Shown piece after piece: positions 19,607 to 30,598 of a stretch of DNA of 64,000 bases (position 1 is its first letter; each line of letters starts with the position of its first letter). Location: contig CAYVEI010000001.1 in assembly GCA_964450515.1 (NCBI GenBank), positions 12,885 to 76,884 of the forward strand. The letters run 5' to 3'. Both the position numbers and the translations under genes were made by a program. The DNA comes from an uncultured Terrimonas sp. (GTDB lineage: Bacteria > Bacteroidota > Bacteroidia > Chitinophagales > Chitinophagaceae). The notes under the pieces were generated by a model. That model was not told the origin of the DNA and did no database searches. It was given only the letters and a program-made list of their open reading frames with translations.

Positions 19607-21697
19607 TCAGGGTTTAGGTATGATTTCGGCCGGAGGAACACCGGCGCTGATACCGCCGCCTTCCGCACCATTAGAGCCGGTATGTTCGCCATGATGATGA
19701 CGATCGTGCACAACATCGGCGGGCTTCTTCTCTTCAAAAGGCCGTTTGCCGATCAGTTGTTCCAGATCGCTTTGAAAGAGCACTTCGCGGGTGAGCAGCT
19801 CTTTTGCAATAACTTCTACCTGTTGTTTCTTTTCCTGCAGCAGGCTTTTGGTTCTGCTGTATTCCTCATCAATGAGCTTCCTTACTTCTTCATCAATTAT
19901 TTTCCCGGTTTCTTCGCTGAAAGGCTTGGTGAAATAGTTTTCCTGCTGCGGATCATAGTAGCTGATATTACCCAGTTTGTCGTTCATACCGTATATGGTA
20001 ATCATCGAATACGCGATCTTGGTTACCTGCTGCAGATCGTTGCTGGCGCCGGTAGAAATTTTCCCAAAGAAGATCTCTTCACTTGCTCTTCCGCCTAAGG
20101 TCATTGCAATCTGGTCTTTTAACTGGTCTGTATTATAAAGATATTGTTCTTTAGGCGTATACTGGGCATACCCGAGCGCGGCAGTGCCACGCGGAACGAT
20201 GGTAACTTTTAATAAAGGATAGGCATGCTCAAGGAACCAGCCGCAAATAGCGTGTCCGGCTTCGTGGTAAGCAATGATCTCTTTTTCATCGGGCGATATG
20301 ATCTTGTTCTTCTTTTCCAGTCCGCCGATCACACGGTCTATTGCGTCCTGGAAATCATTCATTTCCACTTCGGTTTTTCCCTTGCGGGCAGCTATCAGAG
20401 CTGCTTCATTACACACGTTGGCAATATCCGCACCGGCAAAACCGGGTGTTTGCTCGGCCAGCTTAAACACATCTAACTTATCCGATTTTTTTATCGGCTT
20501 TAAATGCACCTGAAAGATCTCTTCCCGGCCCTTTACATCCGGCTTGTCAATGGTGATCTGCCTGTCGAAACGACCGGGGCGCAATAAAGCGCTGTCGAGC
20601 ACATCGGGCCTGTTGGTTGCCGCAAGTATAATAATCCCGCTGTCTGTGCCAAAGCCATCCATTTCTACGAGCAACTGGTTAAGGGTATTCTCTCTTTCAT
20701 CGTTGCTCATCATCATGTTTTTACCTCTTGCCCTGCCAATTGCGTCTATTTCATCAATGAATATAATACAGGGTGCTTTTTCCCTGGCCTGCTTAAACAG
20801 GTCTCTTACCCTGCTTGCTCCTACGCCCACAAACATCTCCACAAAATCGGAGCCGCTCAGGCTAAAGAAAGGCACCTGCGCTTCCCCTGCCATGGCTTTT
20901 GCCAGCAGGGTTTTACCGGTGCCCGGAGAGCCCACCAGCAATGCGCCTTTTGGAATTTTGCCACCGAGCGCCGTATATTTTTTGGGGTTCTTTAAAAAAT
21001 CCACGATCTCCATTACTTCCTGCTTGGCTTCTTCCAGTCCGGCCACATCGGCAAAAGTGATATTCACTTTTGTGCCTTTTTCAAATAAAGTGGCTTTTGA
21101 TTTGCCAATGCTGAAAATGCCGCCAGGTCCGCCACCACCGCCGGGGCCGCCTACCTTACGCATCATTAAAATGAACAGCAGCGCAAACATGAGCAGCGGA
21201 AAGATATAGCTGAGCAAAGAACCAAACCATTCGGGATCACTTACTATTTTAACAGGCACTTCCTTTACCTGCTGATGTTCCTTGTAAAATTCCGTAAGCG
21301 TTGTACCCGTGTAGGTTTTGGCATCGGGAACTTCAAACTGGAAATGTGGTCCATCTGTTTTTGAAACAATTGACCACCTGTCTCCCAGTAATTCTTTATA
21401 AATGGGTTTATTTAAACTGTCTTTGTTTATAAAAACCCTCACCATATCTTTATTACGCACCAGCTCCAGCTTCTGGATATCATTTTTAACCAGCATTTCG
21501 TTACGGAACTGGAGATCCGAAATAACGGTTGCCGTTGGTGTAGCCCCTTTGTATAGCTGGTAGCTTACGAGTAAAAGCGCAACGATACCATATACCCAGT
21601 AAATACTGAACTTGGGACCGCGTCGTTGAGATTTGTCATCCCCCTCCGGCCGTTTTTTGAACCCGGGAATTTTATCCTGATTATTATCCTGTGCCAT
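19607..21697 (-). CDS. ftsH: ATP-dependent zinc metalloprotease FtsH
   Basis: Walker A GSPGTGKTLLAKA, AAA core IIFIDEIDA and zinc motif HEAGHA. Confidence 0.95.
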   Translation of the reverse strand: MAQDNNQDKIPGFKKRPEGDDKSQRRGPKFSIYWVYGIVALLLVSYQLYKGATPTATVISDLQFRNEMLVKNDIQKLELVRNKDMVRVFINKDSLNKPIYKELLGDRWSIVSKTDGPHFQFEVPDAKTYTGTTLTEFYKEHQQVKEVPVKIVSDPEWFGSLLSYIFPLLMFALLFILMMRKVGGPGGGGGPGGIFSIGKSKATLFEKGTKVNITFADVAGLEEAKQEVMEIVDFLKNPKKYTALGGKIPKGALLVGSPGTGKTLLAKAMAGEAQVPFFSLSGSDFVEMFVGVGASRVRDLFKQAREKAPCIIFIDEIDAIGRARGKNMMMSNDERENTLNQLLVEMDGFGTDSGIIILAATNRPDVLDSALLRPGRFDRQITIDKPDVKGREEIFQVHLKPIKKSDKLDVFKLAEQTPGFAGADIANVCNEAALIAARKGKTEVEMNDFQDAIDRVIGGLEKKNKIISPDEKEIIAYHEAGHAICGWFLEHAYPLLKVTIVPRGTAALGYAQYTPKEQYLYNTDQLKDQIAMTLGGRASEEIFFGKISTGASNDLQQVTKIAYSMITIYGMNDKLGNISYYDPQQENYFTKPFSEETGKIIDEEVRKLIDEEYSRTKSLLQEKKQQVEVIAKELLTREVLFQSDLEQLIGKRPFEEKKPADVVHDRHHHGEHTGSNGAEGGGISAGVPPAEIIPKP

Positions 21698-21790
21698 AAA
21701 GTTCTTCGCTTAAATAATTTAAATTATAATAAAAAACCGGATGCTCCCAGTTATTAATAAAATGATCGTTCCTGGTTTTGTTGCGAATTA

Positions 21791-22189
21791 CTACTCGTGT
21801 TCTGTATAACCGCCATCATTCCACATCTCTTCCAGCTTATAGAACTTCCGTGTTTCCGGCTGAAAAATATGCACCACAATATTTACATAATCAATTAATA
21901 CCCATTGCAGGGCCTGGTAGCCCTCGTGGCGATATGGCAATTCCCCCGTGTGTATTTTAACTTCCTGCTCTACCGCATCGGCAATAGCCCTTACCTGCAC
22001 ATGGCTGGAAGCTTCGCAAACGATAAAAAAATCTGCAACGGCTTCCTGCACTTTTCGCAGGTCGAGCGAAATGATATTTTCTCCTTTTTTTTGACGGATG
22101 GCGCTGATGATGGATTTAAATAGCTTACTGTTCCTCGTCAACCTGACTGCACGTTTGGGCCGTGCAGTTAACACCTGTAATGCTGCCAA
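21791..22189 (-). CDS. rsfS: ribosome silencing factor RsfS
   Basis: RsfS-like core DFFIVCEASSHVQVRAIAD...WVLIDYVNIVVHIF. It sits directly upstream of ftsH on the same strand. Confidence 0.8.
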   Translation of the reverse strand: MAALQVLTARPKRAVRLTRNSKLFKSIISAIRQKKGENIISLDLRKVQEAVADFFIVCEASSHVQVRAIADAVEQEVKIHTGELPYRHEGYQALQWVLIDYVNIVVHIFQPETRKFYKLEEMWNDGGYTEHE

Positions 22190-22325
22190 TAGAAATCAAT
22201 TTTAGATTTACCCTTTTTCCGGGGCTGATTTGGTTATCATTTAAAAAAGCAATGCGATGCAACTGCTTATTTGTTTTACGATTATATAACTTGCTCAAAA
22301 ATAGTAATTAATTCGGTATTCTCTT

Positions 22326-23069
22326 ATGCAATCCTTCGGACAGTCTTTTACCGTATTACCCAGTATTGACAGTACCAACAACTATGCCATGCAAATGGTT
22401 CATGCCCGTTTGGCAAAGCATGGCGATGCCTGGTTTGCGCTTAACCAAACCAAGGGCAAAGGACAAAGAGGTAAAACCTGGCAAAGCGGGGCAGGAGAAA
22501 ATATAATAATAAGCATTGTTATTGCGCCTTCCTTTTTACTTCCGGTACAATCGTTTTTGCTGAACGCGGCTATTGCCCTGGGCACATACGATTTTTTTAA
22601 AAAATACGCCGGCAATGAAACCCGCATCAAATGGCCGAATGATATTTACTGGCGTGACAGAAAGGCAGGCGGCATATTAATAGAAAATAGCATACGGGCC
22701 GAAAGCTGGCTGTTTGCGGTTGCGGGAATAGGACTGAACATTAACCAGGTAATTTTCCCGGAACACCTGCAAAAGGCAACTTCTCTCCGGCACATAGCAG
22801 GAAAAGATTTTGACACCATTGAGATGGCAAAAGAACTGTGCGTTTGCTTAGAACAACGATACGAGGCACTGAAAGCGGGGAACGAAAAACAAATTTTATA
22901 CAACTACAGGGAGGCAATGTACAAATTGAATGAATATGTTACATTTAAAAAAGACGGGCTTTTGCTTAAAGCCCTTGTGAAAGGCGTTACAGCAAACGGA
23001 CTGTTGATGGTGGAAACAGACAGCAATAAACAGGAGTGGTTATGGGGAACTGCAGAATGGATAGTATGA
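22326..23069 (+). CDS. birA: biotin--[acetyl-CoA-carboxylase] ligase (no HTH domain)
   Basis: Glycine-rich biotin-binding loop TKGKGQRGKTW and KWPNDIY. 247 aa. Confidence 0.8.
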   Translation: MQSFGQSFTVLPSIDSTNNYAMQMVHARLAKHGDAWFALNQTKGKGQRGKTWQSGAGENIIISIVIAPSFLLPVQSFLLNAAIALGTYDFFKKYAGNETRIKWPNDIYWRDRKAGGILIENSIRAESWLFAVAGIGLNINQVIFPEHLQKATSLRHIAGKDFDTIEMAKELCVCLEQRYEALKAGNEKQILYNYREAMYKLNEYVTFKKDGLLLKALVKGVTANGLLMVETDSNKQEWLWGTAEWIV

Positions 23070-23200
23070 CCCCTTTATAGGCTTTCAGCAGTGAGCTTTC
23101 GGCGATCAGGGAGTAACTCCTGATAACATAAGGAATCTTTCTTTTCACTTTTTCCTGCTCATGAATCTGAAAGCTGATAAACTGACAGCCTCCTGTTTTA

Positions 23201-24868
23201 TCAGCTATTCATACTGGCAAGGAACTCCTGGTTGTCTTTTGTTCCCCTCATGCGTTTCAGCAATTCGTTCATGGCTTCTTCAGCATTCATATCGGCCAGG
23301 TAATTACGCAGCAAATGCATTCTTTTCAGCACATCCTTGTCTAACAGCAGGTCTTCACGGCGGGTAGAGGAGGCCACCAGGTCTATGGCAGGGAATATGC
23401 GTCTGTTGGCCAGGCGCCTGTCTAACTGCAGCTCCATATTACCGGTTCCTTTAAATTCCTCGAAGATCACTTCATCCATTTTTGAACCGGTATCTATTAA
23501 AGCGGTAGCCAGTATGGTTAATGATCCGCCGTTCTCTATTTTTCTTGCGGCGCCAAAAAACTGTTTCGGTTTTTGCATGGCATTGGCTTCCACACCGCCC
23601 GACAATACTTTACCCGATGCGGGAGCAACAGTATTATGCGCACGCGCCAAACGGGTAATGGAATCAAGCAGTATAACCACATCGTGTCCGCATTCTACCA
23701 AACGCTTGGCTTTTTGCAGGGCAATGGTAGACACTTTTACATGCTTTTCGGCAGGCTCATCAAAGGTAGAAGCAATAACCTCCGCCCTTACGCTTCTTTC
23801 CATATCGGTTACTTCTTCGGGGCGTTCATCCACCAGCACGATCATCATATAGCACTCGGGATGGTTTTCAGCAATAGCATTGGCAATGTCTTTCAGTAAA
23901 ACCGTTTTACCCGTTTTAGGCTGCGCCACAATCAATCCGCGCTGCCCTTTACCGATAGGTGTAAACAAATCAATCATTCTGGTGCTTAATGCCGACGGTT
24001 GCGTGAAAAGGTTCATCTTTTCAAAAGGGAACAAAGGCGTAAGGTAATCGAAAGGTACCCTGTCTCTTACTTCTTCGGGCGATTTGGCATTGATCGTTTC
24101 TACTTTAAGCAATGCGAAGTATTTTTCGCCTTCCTTCGGTGGGCGAACGGCGCCCGCTACGGTATCACCGGTTTTTAAGCCGAATAATTTTATTTGCGAA
24201 GGAGAAACATATACATCATCGGGGGAGGAAAGGTAATTGTAATCACTGCTTCTTAAAAAGCCATAGCCGTCGGGCATCATTTCCAAAACGCCTTCACTCA
24301 TGATCACACCATCGAACTCAATGTTAAAGTTCTGCTCGCGGCGGTTAGGGTATTGCCTGCGTTCGGTTTGCGATTCTTCGGCCGGCGCGGCTTCCTGCTG
24401 CACCGATTCTTCTTCAGCCAATTCTTCCTGCTCCTCAGCTTCAGTGGCTTCAGCGGCAGGAGGAACAACAGCAGCGGCGGCGGCTTCCTGTTCTTTCTTT
24501 TTTGCAGTCTGTTCAGGGGTTTCGTCCTGGAAAAGCCTGGGTTTCTTTACTACTTTCTTTTCCGTCTTTTTTTCAGGATCGGCGGCAACTGCTTTTCTTT
24601 TCCTGGCGGGCGCGGCCGGCTTTTCAGGTTCAGATTCCACGAGCGCTTCTTCTGTACTGTTGGAAGTGGTTGTTTTTACAACACGTTTACGTTTGCCTTT
24701 TTCTTCCGTTCCCTTGGTTGCGGCACTATTTTCTATAGCCTGTTTATCTAAAATCTTATAAATGAGTTCCTGTTTATCGAGTTTCTTAGCGTTAGCAATG
24801 CTCAATTGCTCGGCAATATCAAGCAGCTCAGGAACGAGCATATCATTCAGTTGCAGAATGTCGTACAT
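23201..24868 (-). CDS. rho: transcription termination factor Rho with a long acidic/Ala/Lys-rich N-terminal insertion
   Basis: Rho_N start [22 protein letters not shown]. Walker [12 protein letters not shown]. The low-complexity segment spans roughly aa 45-190. Confidence 0.95.
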   Translation of the reverse strand: MYDILQLNDMLVPELLDIAEQLSIANAKKLDKQELIYKILDKQAIENSAATKGTEEKGKRKRVVKTTTSNSTEEALVESEPEKPAAPARKRKAVAADPEKKTEKKVVKKPRLFQDETPEQTAKKKEQEAAAAAVVPPAAEATEAEEQEELAEEESVQQEAAPAEESQTERRQYPNRREQNFNIEFDGVIMSEGVLEMMPDGYGFLRSSDYNYLSSPDDVYVSPSQIKLFGLKTGDTVAGAVRPPKEGEKYFALLKVETINAKSPEEVRDRVPFDYLTPLFPFEKMNLFTQPSALSTRMIDLFTPIGKGQRGLIVAQPKTGKTVLLKDIANAIAENHPECYMMIVLVDERPEEVTDMERSVRAEVIASTFDEPAEKHVKVSTIALQKAKRLVECGHDVVILLDSITRLARAHNTVAPASGKVLSGGVEANAMQKPKQFFGAARKIENGGSLTILATALIDTGSKMDEVIFEEFKGTGNMELQLDRRLANRRIFPAIDLVASSTRREDLLLDKDVLKRMHLLRNYLADMNAEEAMNELLKRMRGTKDNQEFLASMNS

Positions 24869-25130
24869 AAATATATACTTAACGGTTTACCTCTCATCAA
24901 AAACACCGGATAATTGAAAGAGAAATGTTGAAATGAATTTTTGGTTGAATGAAATTGGTGCGGAATGCCTAAAACTGACAGAATCCCGGAGCTTGGTAAG
25001 AATTGATCAGTTTGATTCCGTGGCAATAATACATCAAATTTCCGGAATCTAAAAAATTTTTTACTCCCTTATCTTTGTGCGCTTTCCTTTTTGCAACGCA
25101 TTTTTGTGCAGCCTGTTTAAAAAGAATCAT

Positions 25131-26567
25131 ATGTTCAATAAAAGAATTAAAATAAAGCAATTATTGGCCCAGGAGCCCGGTAACCAGGAAGTTACGGTAA
25201 TGGGATGGGTGCGCAGTTTCAGAAATAACCAGTTCATTGCCCTCAACGATGGCTCTACCAATAATAACCTGCAGGTAGTAGCCGAACTGGGCAAATTTGA
25301 TGAGGCTTTGCTGAAACGGGTTACCATTTCGGCTTCATTAAAAATTACCGGAGTGGTTATTTCTTCTTTAGGCAAGGGACAAAAGCTGGAGCTAAAAGCT
25401 GCCACCATAGAGATCCTTGGCGACAGCGACGCTGAAAAATACCCGCTGCAACCTAAAAAGCACAGCATGGAATTTTTAAGGGAGATCGCCCACCTGCGCT
25501 TTCGTACCAATACGTTTGGCGCGGTGTTCAGGGTGCGGCACAGCTTAGCTTTTGCCATACACCAGTTTTTTAACGACAGGGGATTCGTGTACCTGCATAC
25601 CCCCGTTATTACCGCCAGCGATGCCGAAGGCGCGGGGGAAATGTTCAGGGTAACTACCTTACCGGCCCATAACCCGCCGCTTACCGAAGATGGCGCCGTT
25701 AATTATAAAGAAGACTTTTTTGGCCGGGCTACCAACCTTACGGTAAGCGGGCAACTGGAAGGCGAGCTGGGTGCTACCGCCCTGGGTGAAATATATACAT
25801 TCGGGCCTACTTTCAGGGCCGAAAATTCCAATACCCCGCGTCACCTGGCGGAATTTTGGATGATTGAACCCGAAATGGCTTTTTGCGACCTGGAAGACAA
25901 TATGAACCTGGCGGAAGAATTCATTAAATACATCATCCGCTATGCCATGGAACACAACCAGGAAGACCTCTCGTTTTTAGCGCAGCGCCTTGCCGATGAA
26001 GAGAAACAATTGCCACAGGATAAACGCAGTGAGCTGGGGCTATTGGAAAAATTAGATTTTGTGATCAATAATAATTTTGAAAGGATCACTTACACAGCAG
26101 CCATTGATATTTTACTGCAGTCGCCCGCATACAGGAAAAAGAAATTTCAGTACGAGGTAAAATGGGGCATTGATATGCAGAGCGAGCACGAAAGATACCT
26201 GGTTGAAAAGCATTTTAAAAAACCGGTTATTGTTACGGATTACCCGATGAATATAAAAGCCTTTTATATGCGCCAAAACGATGATGGTAAAACCGTTGCA
26301 GCCATGGATATTTTAGCCCCCGGTATTGGTGAAATTGTAGGCGGTTCACAACGTGAAGAACGTTTGGATAAATTAGAACAACGCATGAAGGAAATGCATG
26401 TGCCTGCAGAAGAATTATGGTGGTACTTAGATACCCGCCGCTTTGGTACTGTTCCCCATGCAGGCTTTGGACTGGGTTTTGAACGTATGGTGCAGTTCGT
26501 TACCGGCATGAGCAATATCCGCGATACCATTGCTTTTCCAAGAACACCGGGAAGCGCTGAGTTTTAA
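25131..26567 (+). CDS. asnS: asparagine--tRNA ligase
   Basis: Class IIb aaRS with an OB-fold N-terminus, FRAENSNT and the C-terminal [11 protein letters not shown] prefer the start at [12 protein letters not shown] (25131). Confidence 0.9.
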   Translation: MFNKRIKIKQLLAQEPGNQEVTVMGWVRSFRNNQFIALNDGSTNNNLQVVAELGKFDEALLKRVTISASLKITGVVISSLGKGQKLELKAATIEILGDSDAEKYPLQPKKHSMEFLREIAHLRFRTNTFGAVFRVRHSLAFAIHQFFNDRGFVYLHTPVITASDAEGAGEMFRVTTLPAHNPPLTEDGAVNYKEDFFGRATNLTVSGQLEGELGATALGEIYTFGPTFRAENSNTPRHLAEFWMIEPEMAFCDLEDNMNLAEEFIKYIIRYAMEHNQEDLSFLAQRLADEEKQLPQDKRSELGLLEKLDFVINNNFERITYTAAIDILLQSPAYRKKKFQYEVKWGIDMQSEHERYLVEKHFKKPVIVTDYPMNIKAFYMRQNDDGKTVAAMDILAPGIGEIVGGSQREERLDKLEQRMKEMHVPAEELWWYLDTRRFGTVPHAGFGLGFERMVQFVTGMSNIRDTIAFPRTPGSAEF

Positions 26568-26688
26568 GGGGGAATGTTGCTTAAACCTTAATATCAAATA
26601 GCTGATATTCCTTTCTTATTTAAAAGTGTGAGCCATCGCCTGTTATTTTCTTTTGCCGTTCCATGTATTGAGCAAAAAATCAGGAACC

Positions 26689-26721
26689 AAACAAGTCTCA
26701 AATCTGAATACTAAATTTCGG
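26689..26721. repeat. 33-nt dispersed repeat, copy 1 (CAAACAAGTCTCAAATCTGAATACTAAATTTCG)
   Basis: The reverse complement of 45053-45085 matches it with 2 mismatches. Confidence 0.85.
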
Positions 26722-26760
26722 GATATGAAGCGAATGCAACTCTAAACCCTAAACGGTTTC

Positions 26761-27594
26761 CTACTCTTCCTCATGCACCGACAAAATAGGGATACGTGAA
26801 TGAAAAACCAGTTCTTTGGTGTGGCTTTTTTGAAAAAGTAAATCCAGCAAGCGATGCTTGCGGGGTATTACAATCAGCAGGTCAAGGTTATTGCTTTCTG
26901 CAAAGGTGTTGATCCCCGCTTCCACATCGGGGTTATCAATATAAAAATATTTTGGCCGGAGCTCCTGCAATAACGAGTACAGCAATACCGACTGTTCAGC
27001 CGTATCTTTTATATTGCTCTTTTTATTATCAACATTTAAAACACTAAGCGTTGCATTAAGGGTTTTTACCCACTCCTTTATAGCTGCGCTTGGAGCAGTA
27101 TCAGCTATTTTCTTAAAATCACAGGCAAAGCCTATCCGTTGTATGCCGTTAAAAACCGCACCCGGCGGAACAACAAGTACAGGCGTGGTAAGCTGCCGTA
27201 TGGCCGATAAAGTAGAGCTGCCCACCAGTAGCCTTTCTACAAAACCGGCGCCTTTTGTTCCCATCACCACGGCAAAGGGATGAGTAGCTGCGCAAATTGC
27301 TTTCAGCTCGTCGGTCAGATCACCTAACCTTACTTCGGCAGTGATGGTAAGTTTATCCGGGGCAACACGCTGTACCTGTTCCTTTAGCTCATCAATTCTT
27401 TCCTTATTGATCTTTTCCAGCTCGCCAATGTCCATCAGGGGCAACGGAATATCACTGTTGTTATACGATACCGGCGCCTGGTACACATGCAGCAGCATAA
27501 CGGAAGCATCAATAGCCAGGGCAAGATCTACAGCATACTTCATGGCATTAATAGCCACCGGCGAAAAATCTGTAGGAACAATAATGGTTTTCAT
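26761..27594 (-). CDS. universal stress protein (tandem Usp domains)
   Basis: MKTIIVPTDFS start. Two Usp-like halves, each ending with a G-x2-G...S type nucleotide-binding segment (MGTKGAGFVERLLVGSS). Confidence 0.7.
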   Translation of the reverse strand: MKTIIVPTDFSPVAINAMKYAVDLALAIDASVMLLHVYQAPVSYNNSDIPLPLMDIGELEKINKERIDELKEQVQRVAPDKLTITAEVRLGDLTDELKAICAATHPFAVVMGTKGAGFVERLLVGSSTLSAIRQLTTPVLVVPPGAVFNGIQRIGFACDFKKIADTAPSAAIKEWVKTLNATLSVLNVDNKKSNIKDTAEQSVLLYSLLQELRPKYFYIDNPDVEAGINTFAESNNLDLLIVIPRKHRLLDLLFQKSHTKELVFHSRIPILSVHEEE

Positions 27595-27798
27595 CAGCCT
27601 GTTTTTAGGTAACAAAATAAGGTGCGTTTGGGTTGTTCATACGCGCAATATGCAAAGGTCTTTCTTTCCGCAGAGTATGCATGAAATACAATTTTAAAAG
27701 AATTGATGCTAATTTCATGTAAAATTCCGCTCCGGCACTCAAAATACGCTAAAAAACCTGCTATGCATATTCCTGTAGTTACCTTTTAAAGCTTACCG

Positions 27799-29064
27799 AT
27801 GCGTTTGAAATTTTTACGGCATATCTCTTTTTTGAAGGCTGTTACTTTATATAGTTTAACCGCCTTTGGGGGAGCGCAGGGGCATTTTGGAATGATGATG
27901 AAAACTTTTGTTGCCAAAAGAAAAGACATTACCGAGCAGGAACTGTTAGAATACAATGCCTTTTGCCAGTTGCTGCCGGGCGCATCCTCTACACAGATCA
28001 TTACCCTTATTGGCTATAAAAAAGGAAAGCTGCCCCTGGCCATTTTAACGCTGCTGCTATGGATTTTGCCCGCCTGCCTGCTCATGAGCGGGCTGTCTTT
28101 TGCCCTTGATTTTGCCGGTAAAACAACGCTGCAAAACGACCTCTTTAAATTTATAAAGCCAATGGCGGTAGGGTTCCTGGCATTTGCTGCCTTCAGGGCC
28201 TATACGTTGGTTACCGGGAACCGCATTGCCAGGCTCATTATGGCAGGCGCTATGATCGCTACCTATTTTCTTTTTAATTTGCCTGTTATTTTTCCTGCTG
28301 TTATTTTACTGGGCGGACTGGTTACCAATTTTACGGAAAAGACTTCAAAAATTATAAACGTTGAGCCAAGACCTGTTAAATGGGGAAATATAGTAATATT
28401 TTTTTTAATATTTATTATAGCAGGAGTTTTCAGTGAGCTGTCGCGCAAAAATGAATGGCAGCATCGCAAAGCCTTCAACCTTTTTGAAAACACCTATCGT
28501 TTTGGTGGAATGGTTTTTGGCGGGGGAGATGTGCTGATGCCCATGATGTATGAGCAATACGTGGTTCGTCCGGCAACCCAGCGTGTGCAGCTCAAAAACC
28601 AAAATGTGATCAGCATTGACCAAAATGAATTTCTTACCGGCGCGGGAATGGTAAAAGCCATACCCGGCCCCACTTTTTCTTTCTCTGCTTTTGTTGGAGG
28701 GGAAGCGCTAAAAAATGAAGGTCCGGGAATGCAGGCCCTTGGCTGTGCCATAGGCACGTTTGGTATTTTTTTGCCCAGTGCTCTGCTGGTATTGTTCTTC
28801 TTCCCGGTTTGGCATAATCTAAAAAAATATCCCGCCATTTACCGTGCATTAAAAGGAATAAACGCGGCCGTGGTAGGTATTATGGCGGCATCTGCCTTTT
28901 TCCTCATGAAAGACATTTCCTTTTTTGAAGTAAACGAAGAAGCTACTACCAGCTTTTTAAATATTGGCGTAATTGCCGGAACATTTTTGCTGCTCACTTT
29001 TACCAAACTGCCTGCCCCTGTAATTGCATTGATATGCCTGGTACTTGGACTGATTTTTCATTGA
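27799..29064 (+). CDS. chrA: chromate transporter (ChrA/CHR family)
   Basis: 421-aa polytopic protein. CHR-type motifs [11 protein letters not shown] and, in the second half, [11 protein letters not shown]. Confidence 0.7.
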   Translation: MRLKFLRHISFLKAVTLYSLTAFGGAQGHFGMMMKTFVAKRKDITEQELLEYNAFCQLLPGASSTQIITLIGYKKGKLPLAILTLLLWILPACLLMSGLSFALDFAGKTTLQNDLFKFIKPMAVGFLAFAAFRAYTLVTGNRIARLIMAGAMIATYFLFNLPVIFPAVILLGGLVTNFTEKTSKIINVEPRPVKWGNIVIFFLIFIIAGVFSELSRKNEWQHRKAFNLFENTYRFGGMVFGGGDVLMPMMYEQYVVRPATQRVQLKNQNVISIDQNEFLTGAGMVKAIPGPTFSFSAFVGGEALKNEGPGMQALGCAIGTFGIFLPSALLVLFFFPVWHNLKKYPAIYRALKGINAAVVGIMAASAFFLMKDISFFEVNEEATTSFLNIGVIAGTFLLLTFTKLPAPVIALICLVLGLIFH

Positions 29065-29162
29065 TAAAACAAGCAGCGGTAAGTTAGGCTTACTTATCAA
29101 AAAAACAGCCACGGATTCCGGTAACCCTCAAGCAGGCTGAGTTACGAATACAACTTAAACCA

Positions 29163-29224
29163 GCCACTATGCACGAATACTTAATATATTTGGCTCATTT
29201 ATTCGCGCATTCGTGGCATATTAA
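29163..29224. repeat. intergenic words related to the GCCACGAAG / AATATG..GCCAC family
   Basis: GCCACTATGCACGAATAC ... ATTCGTGGCATATTAA. The latter is an inverted relative of TAATATGTTGCCACGAAG at 4871. Confidence 0.5.
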
Positions 29225-29266
29225 ACCCTGTTAGGCTTTTGGGTTACAGGTGCCTCCTCAGCGTTG

Positions 29267-29836
29267 TTACCTGTAATACCCGTTTTTTTCTATTTCTTCT
29301 TTAACACTGTCCGGAACTAAGTACCGTACAGATTTTCCCTCTTGCACCATCTCCCGTATTTGGGTAGCTGAAATTTGCAGCAGGGGAGCGTCTAACAGGG
29401 TAATATTGGGAGATTGTTCGGCGGCTACTTCAAAACCTGCTCTTTTATATACAAAAACAGGATAGCGCTGCAACAGCACCCGGGCATTCTTCCACTTCGG
29501 CAGGTTTTGAAAGCTGTCGCTACCCATAATAACAGCAAACTGGTGCTGCGGATATTTTTCTTCTATGTAAGCTAAAGTATCTATTGTATAAGAAGGTTTG
29601 GGCAAATGAAATTCTATATCGGAAGCACGAAGCTTCGGCTCTCCTTCTATGGCCGTTCTAACTAAGTGAAGGCGTTGGTATTCATTTAACAGGGAATGTG
29701 ATACTTTAAAAGGATTTTGAGGAGAAACCACAAACCAAACCTGGTTAAGCGGGGTATGCCCTGCAATAAAACTGGCAATGATCAGATGCCCGTGGTGAAC
29801 GGGGTTAAACGATCCAAAATACAAACCTATATACAT
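29267..29836 (-). CDS. nadD: nicotinate-nucleotide adenylyltransferase
   Basis: The motif GSFNPVHHGH near the N-terminus. 189 aa. Confidence 0.85.
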   Translation of the reverse strand: MYIGLYFGSFNPVHHGHLIIASFIAGHTPLNQVWFVVSPQNPFKVSHSLLNEYQRLHLVRTAIEGEPKLRASDIEFHLPKPSYTIDTLAYIEEKYPQHQFAVIMGSDSFQNLPKWKNARVLLQRYPVFVYKRAGFEVAAEQSPNITLLDAPLLQISATQIREMVQEGKSVRYLVPDSVKEEIEKNGYYR

Positions 29837-29849
29837 GTGTAATATGCCA

Positions 29850-30089
29850 TCAGGCTGTTTTAACCAGCAGCTCTTCTACCAGCACGCTTTTAGCCTCATT
29901 TAAGCGCAAACTTAAACTATATCCCGCAACCGAAACCGAAATAGGGTCACCTAACGGGGCTATCTGGTCAACAGTAATAATTTCACCCGGAATAAACCCC
30001 ATTTCCATGAGCTTTAAAAACAGCTCATCATTTTCTATTTCCCTGATGATTACGGTAATACCCGGCGTTATTTCAGAAAGTCTCTTCAT
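29850..30089 (-). CDS. FeoA-family small protein
   Basis: 79-aa SH3-like FeoA pattern (GFIPGEIITVDQIAPLGDPISVSVAGYSLSLRLNEA). No feoB is in the window. Confidence 0.6.
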   Translation of the reverse strand: MKRLSEITPGITVIIREIENDELFLKLMEMGFIPGEIITVDQIAPLGDPISVSVAGYSLSLRLNEAKSVLVEELLVKTA

Positions 30090-30148
30090 ATATAAACAAA
30101 TCTATTGGTAGTTTTGCAGCATTACTTACGATTTTCGGAAAAGGATTA

Positions 30149-30595
30149 TTGATGCCTGTTATTAACTTTTACTTTTCATACCGGCAATTTGCGCTAAAAA
30201 ACAGAAAAGAACTAAAATTGTTTATTAGTGATACCTTCAAAGCCGAGAGGAAAAACGCGGTTTCCCTTCAATACATATTTTGTTCTGATGCATATTTGTT
30301 AGCCATTAACCGGCAATATTTACAACATGATTATTACACCGATATTATAACTTTTAACCTGGGAACTGAAAAAAATATTGAAGGAGAAATATATGTGAGC
30401 ATAGAAAGGGTTAGGGAGAATGCCCAATTAATGCAAACCAGCTTTAAGGAAGAATTACACCGGGTGATTTTTCATGGCATTTTACACCTGTGCGGACATA
30501 AGGATAAGTTAAAAAGTGAAAAAGAGGAAATGAGAAGAAAAGAAGATCGTTTATTGCAGTTGTATTTCAACAACAATAAAAACCGTTCCACGTGA
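30149..30595 (+). CDS. ybeY: rRNA maturation endoribonuclease YbeY
   Basis: Zinc motif HGILHLCGHKD. Confidence 0.85.
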   Translation: MMPVINFYFSYRQFALKNRKELKLFISDTFKAERKNAVSLQYIFCSDAYLLAINRQYLQHDYYTDIITFNLGTEKNIEGEIYVSIERVRENAQLMQTSFKEELHRVIFHGILHLCGHKDKLKSEKEEMRRKEDRLLQLYFNNNKNRST

Positions 30596-30598
30596 AAC
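30585..30598. repeat. 14-nt near-palindromic word GTTCCACGTGAAAC, copy 1
   Basis: An exact second copy lies at 31264-31277. The two copies bracket the CAP-domain ORF. Confidence 0.8.

Noticed and set aside
19544-21209. Antisense ORFs inside ftsH (19544..20098, 20225..20513, 20544..21209)
   Set aside because: They are nested opposite a highly conserved FtsH frame. Their composition (runs of S, P and L) is typical of antisense translation.
24112-24761. + strand ORFs of 63-153 aa opposite the rho N-terminal insertion
   Set aside because: They are the mirror image of the repetitive GAA/GCN-rich insertion. They are low-complexity Ser/Ala/Phe strings with no independent start context.
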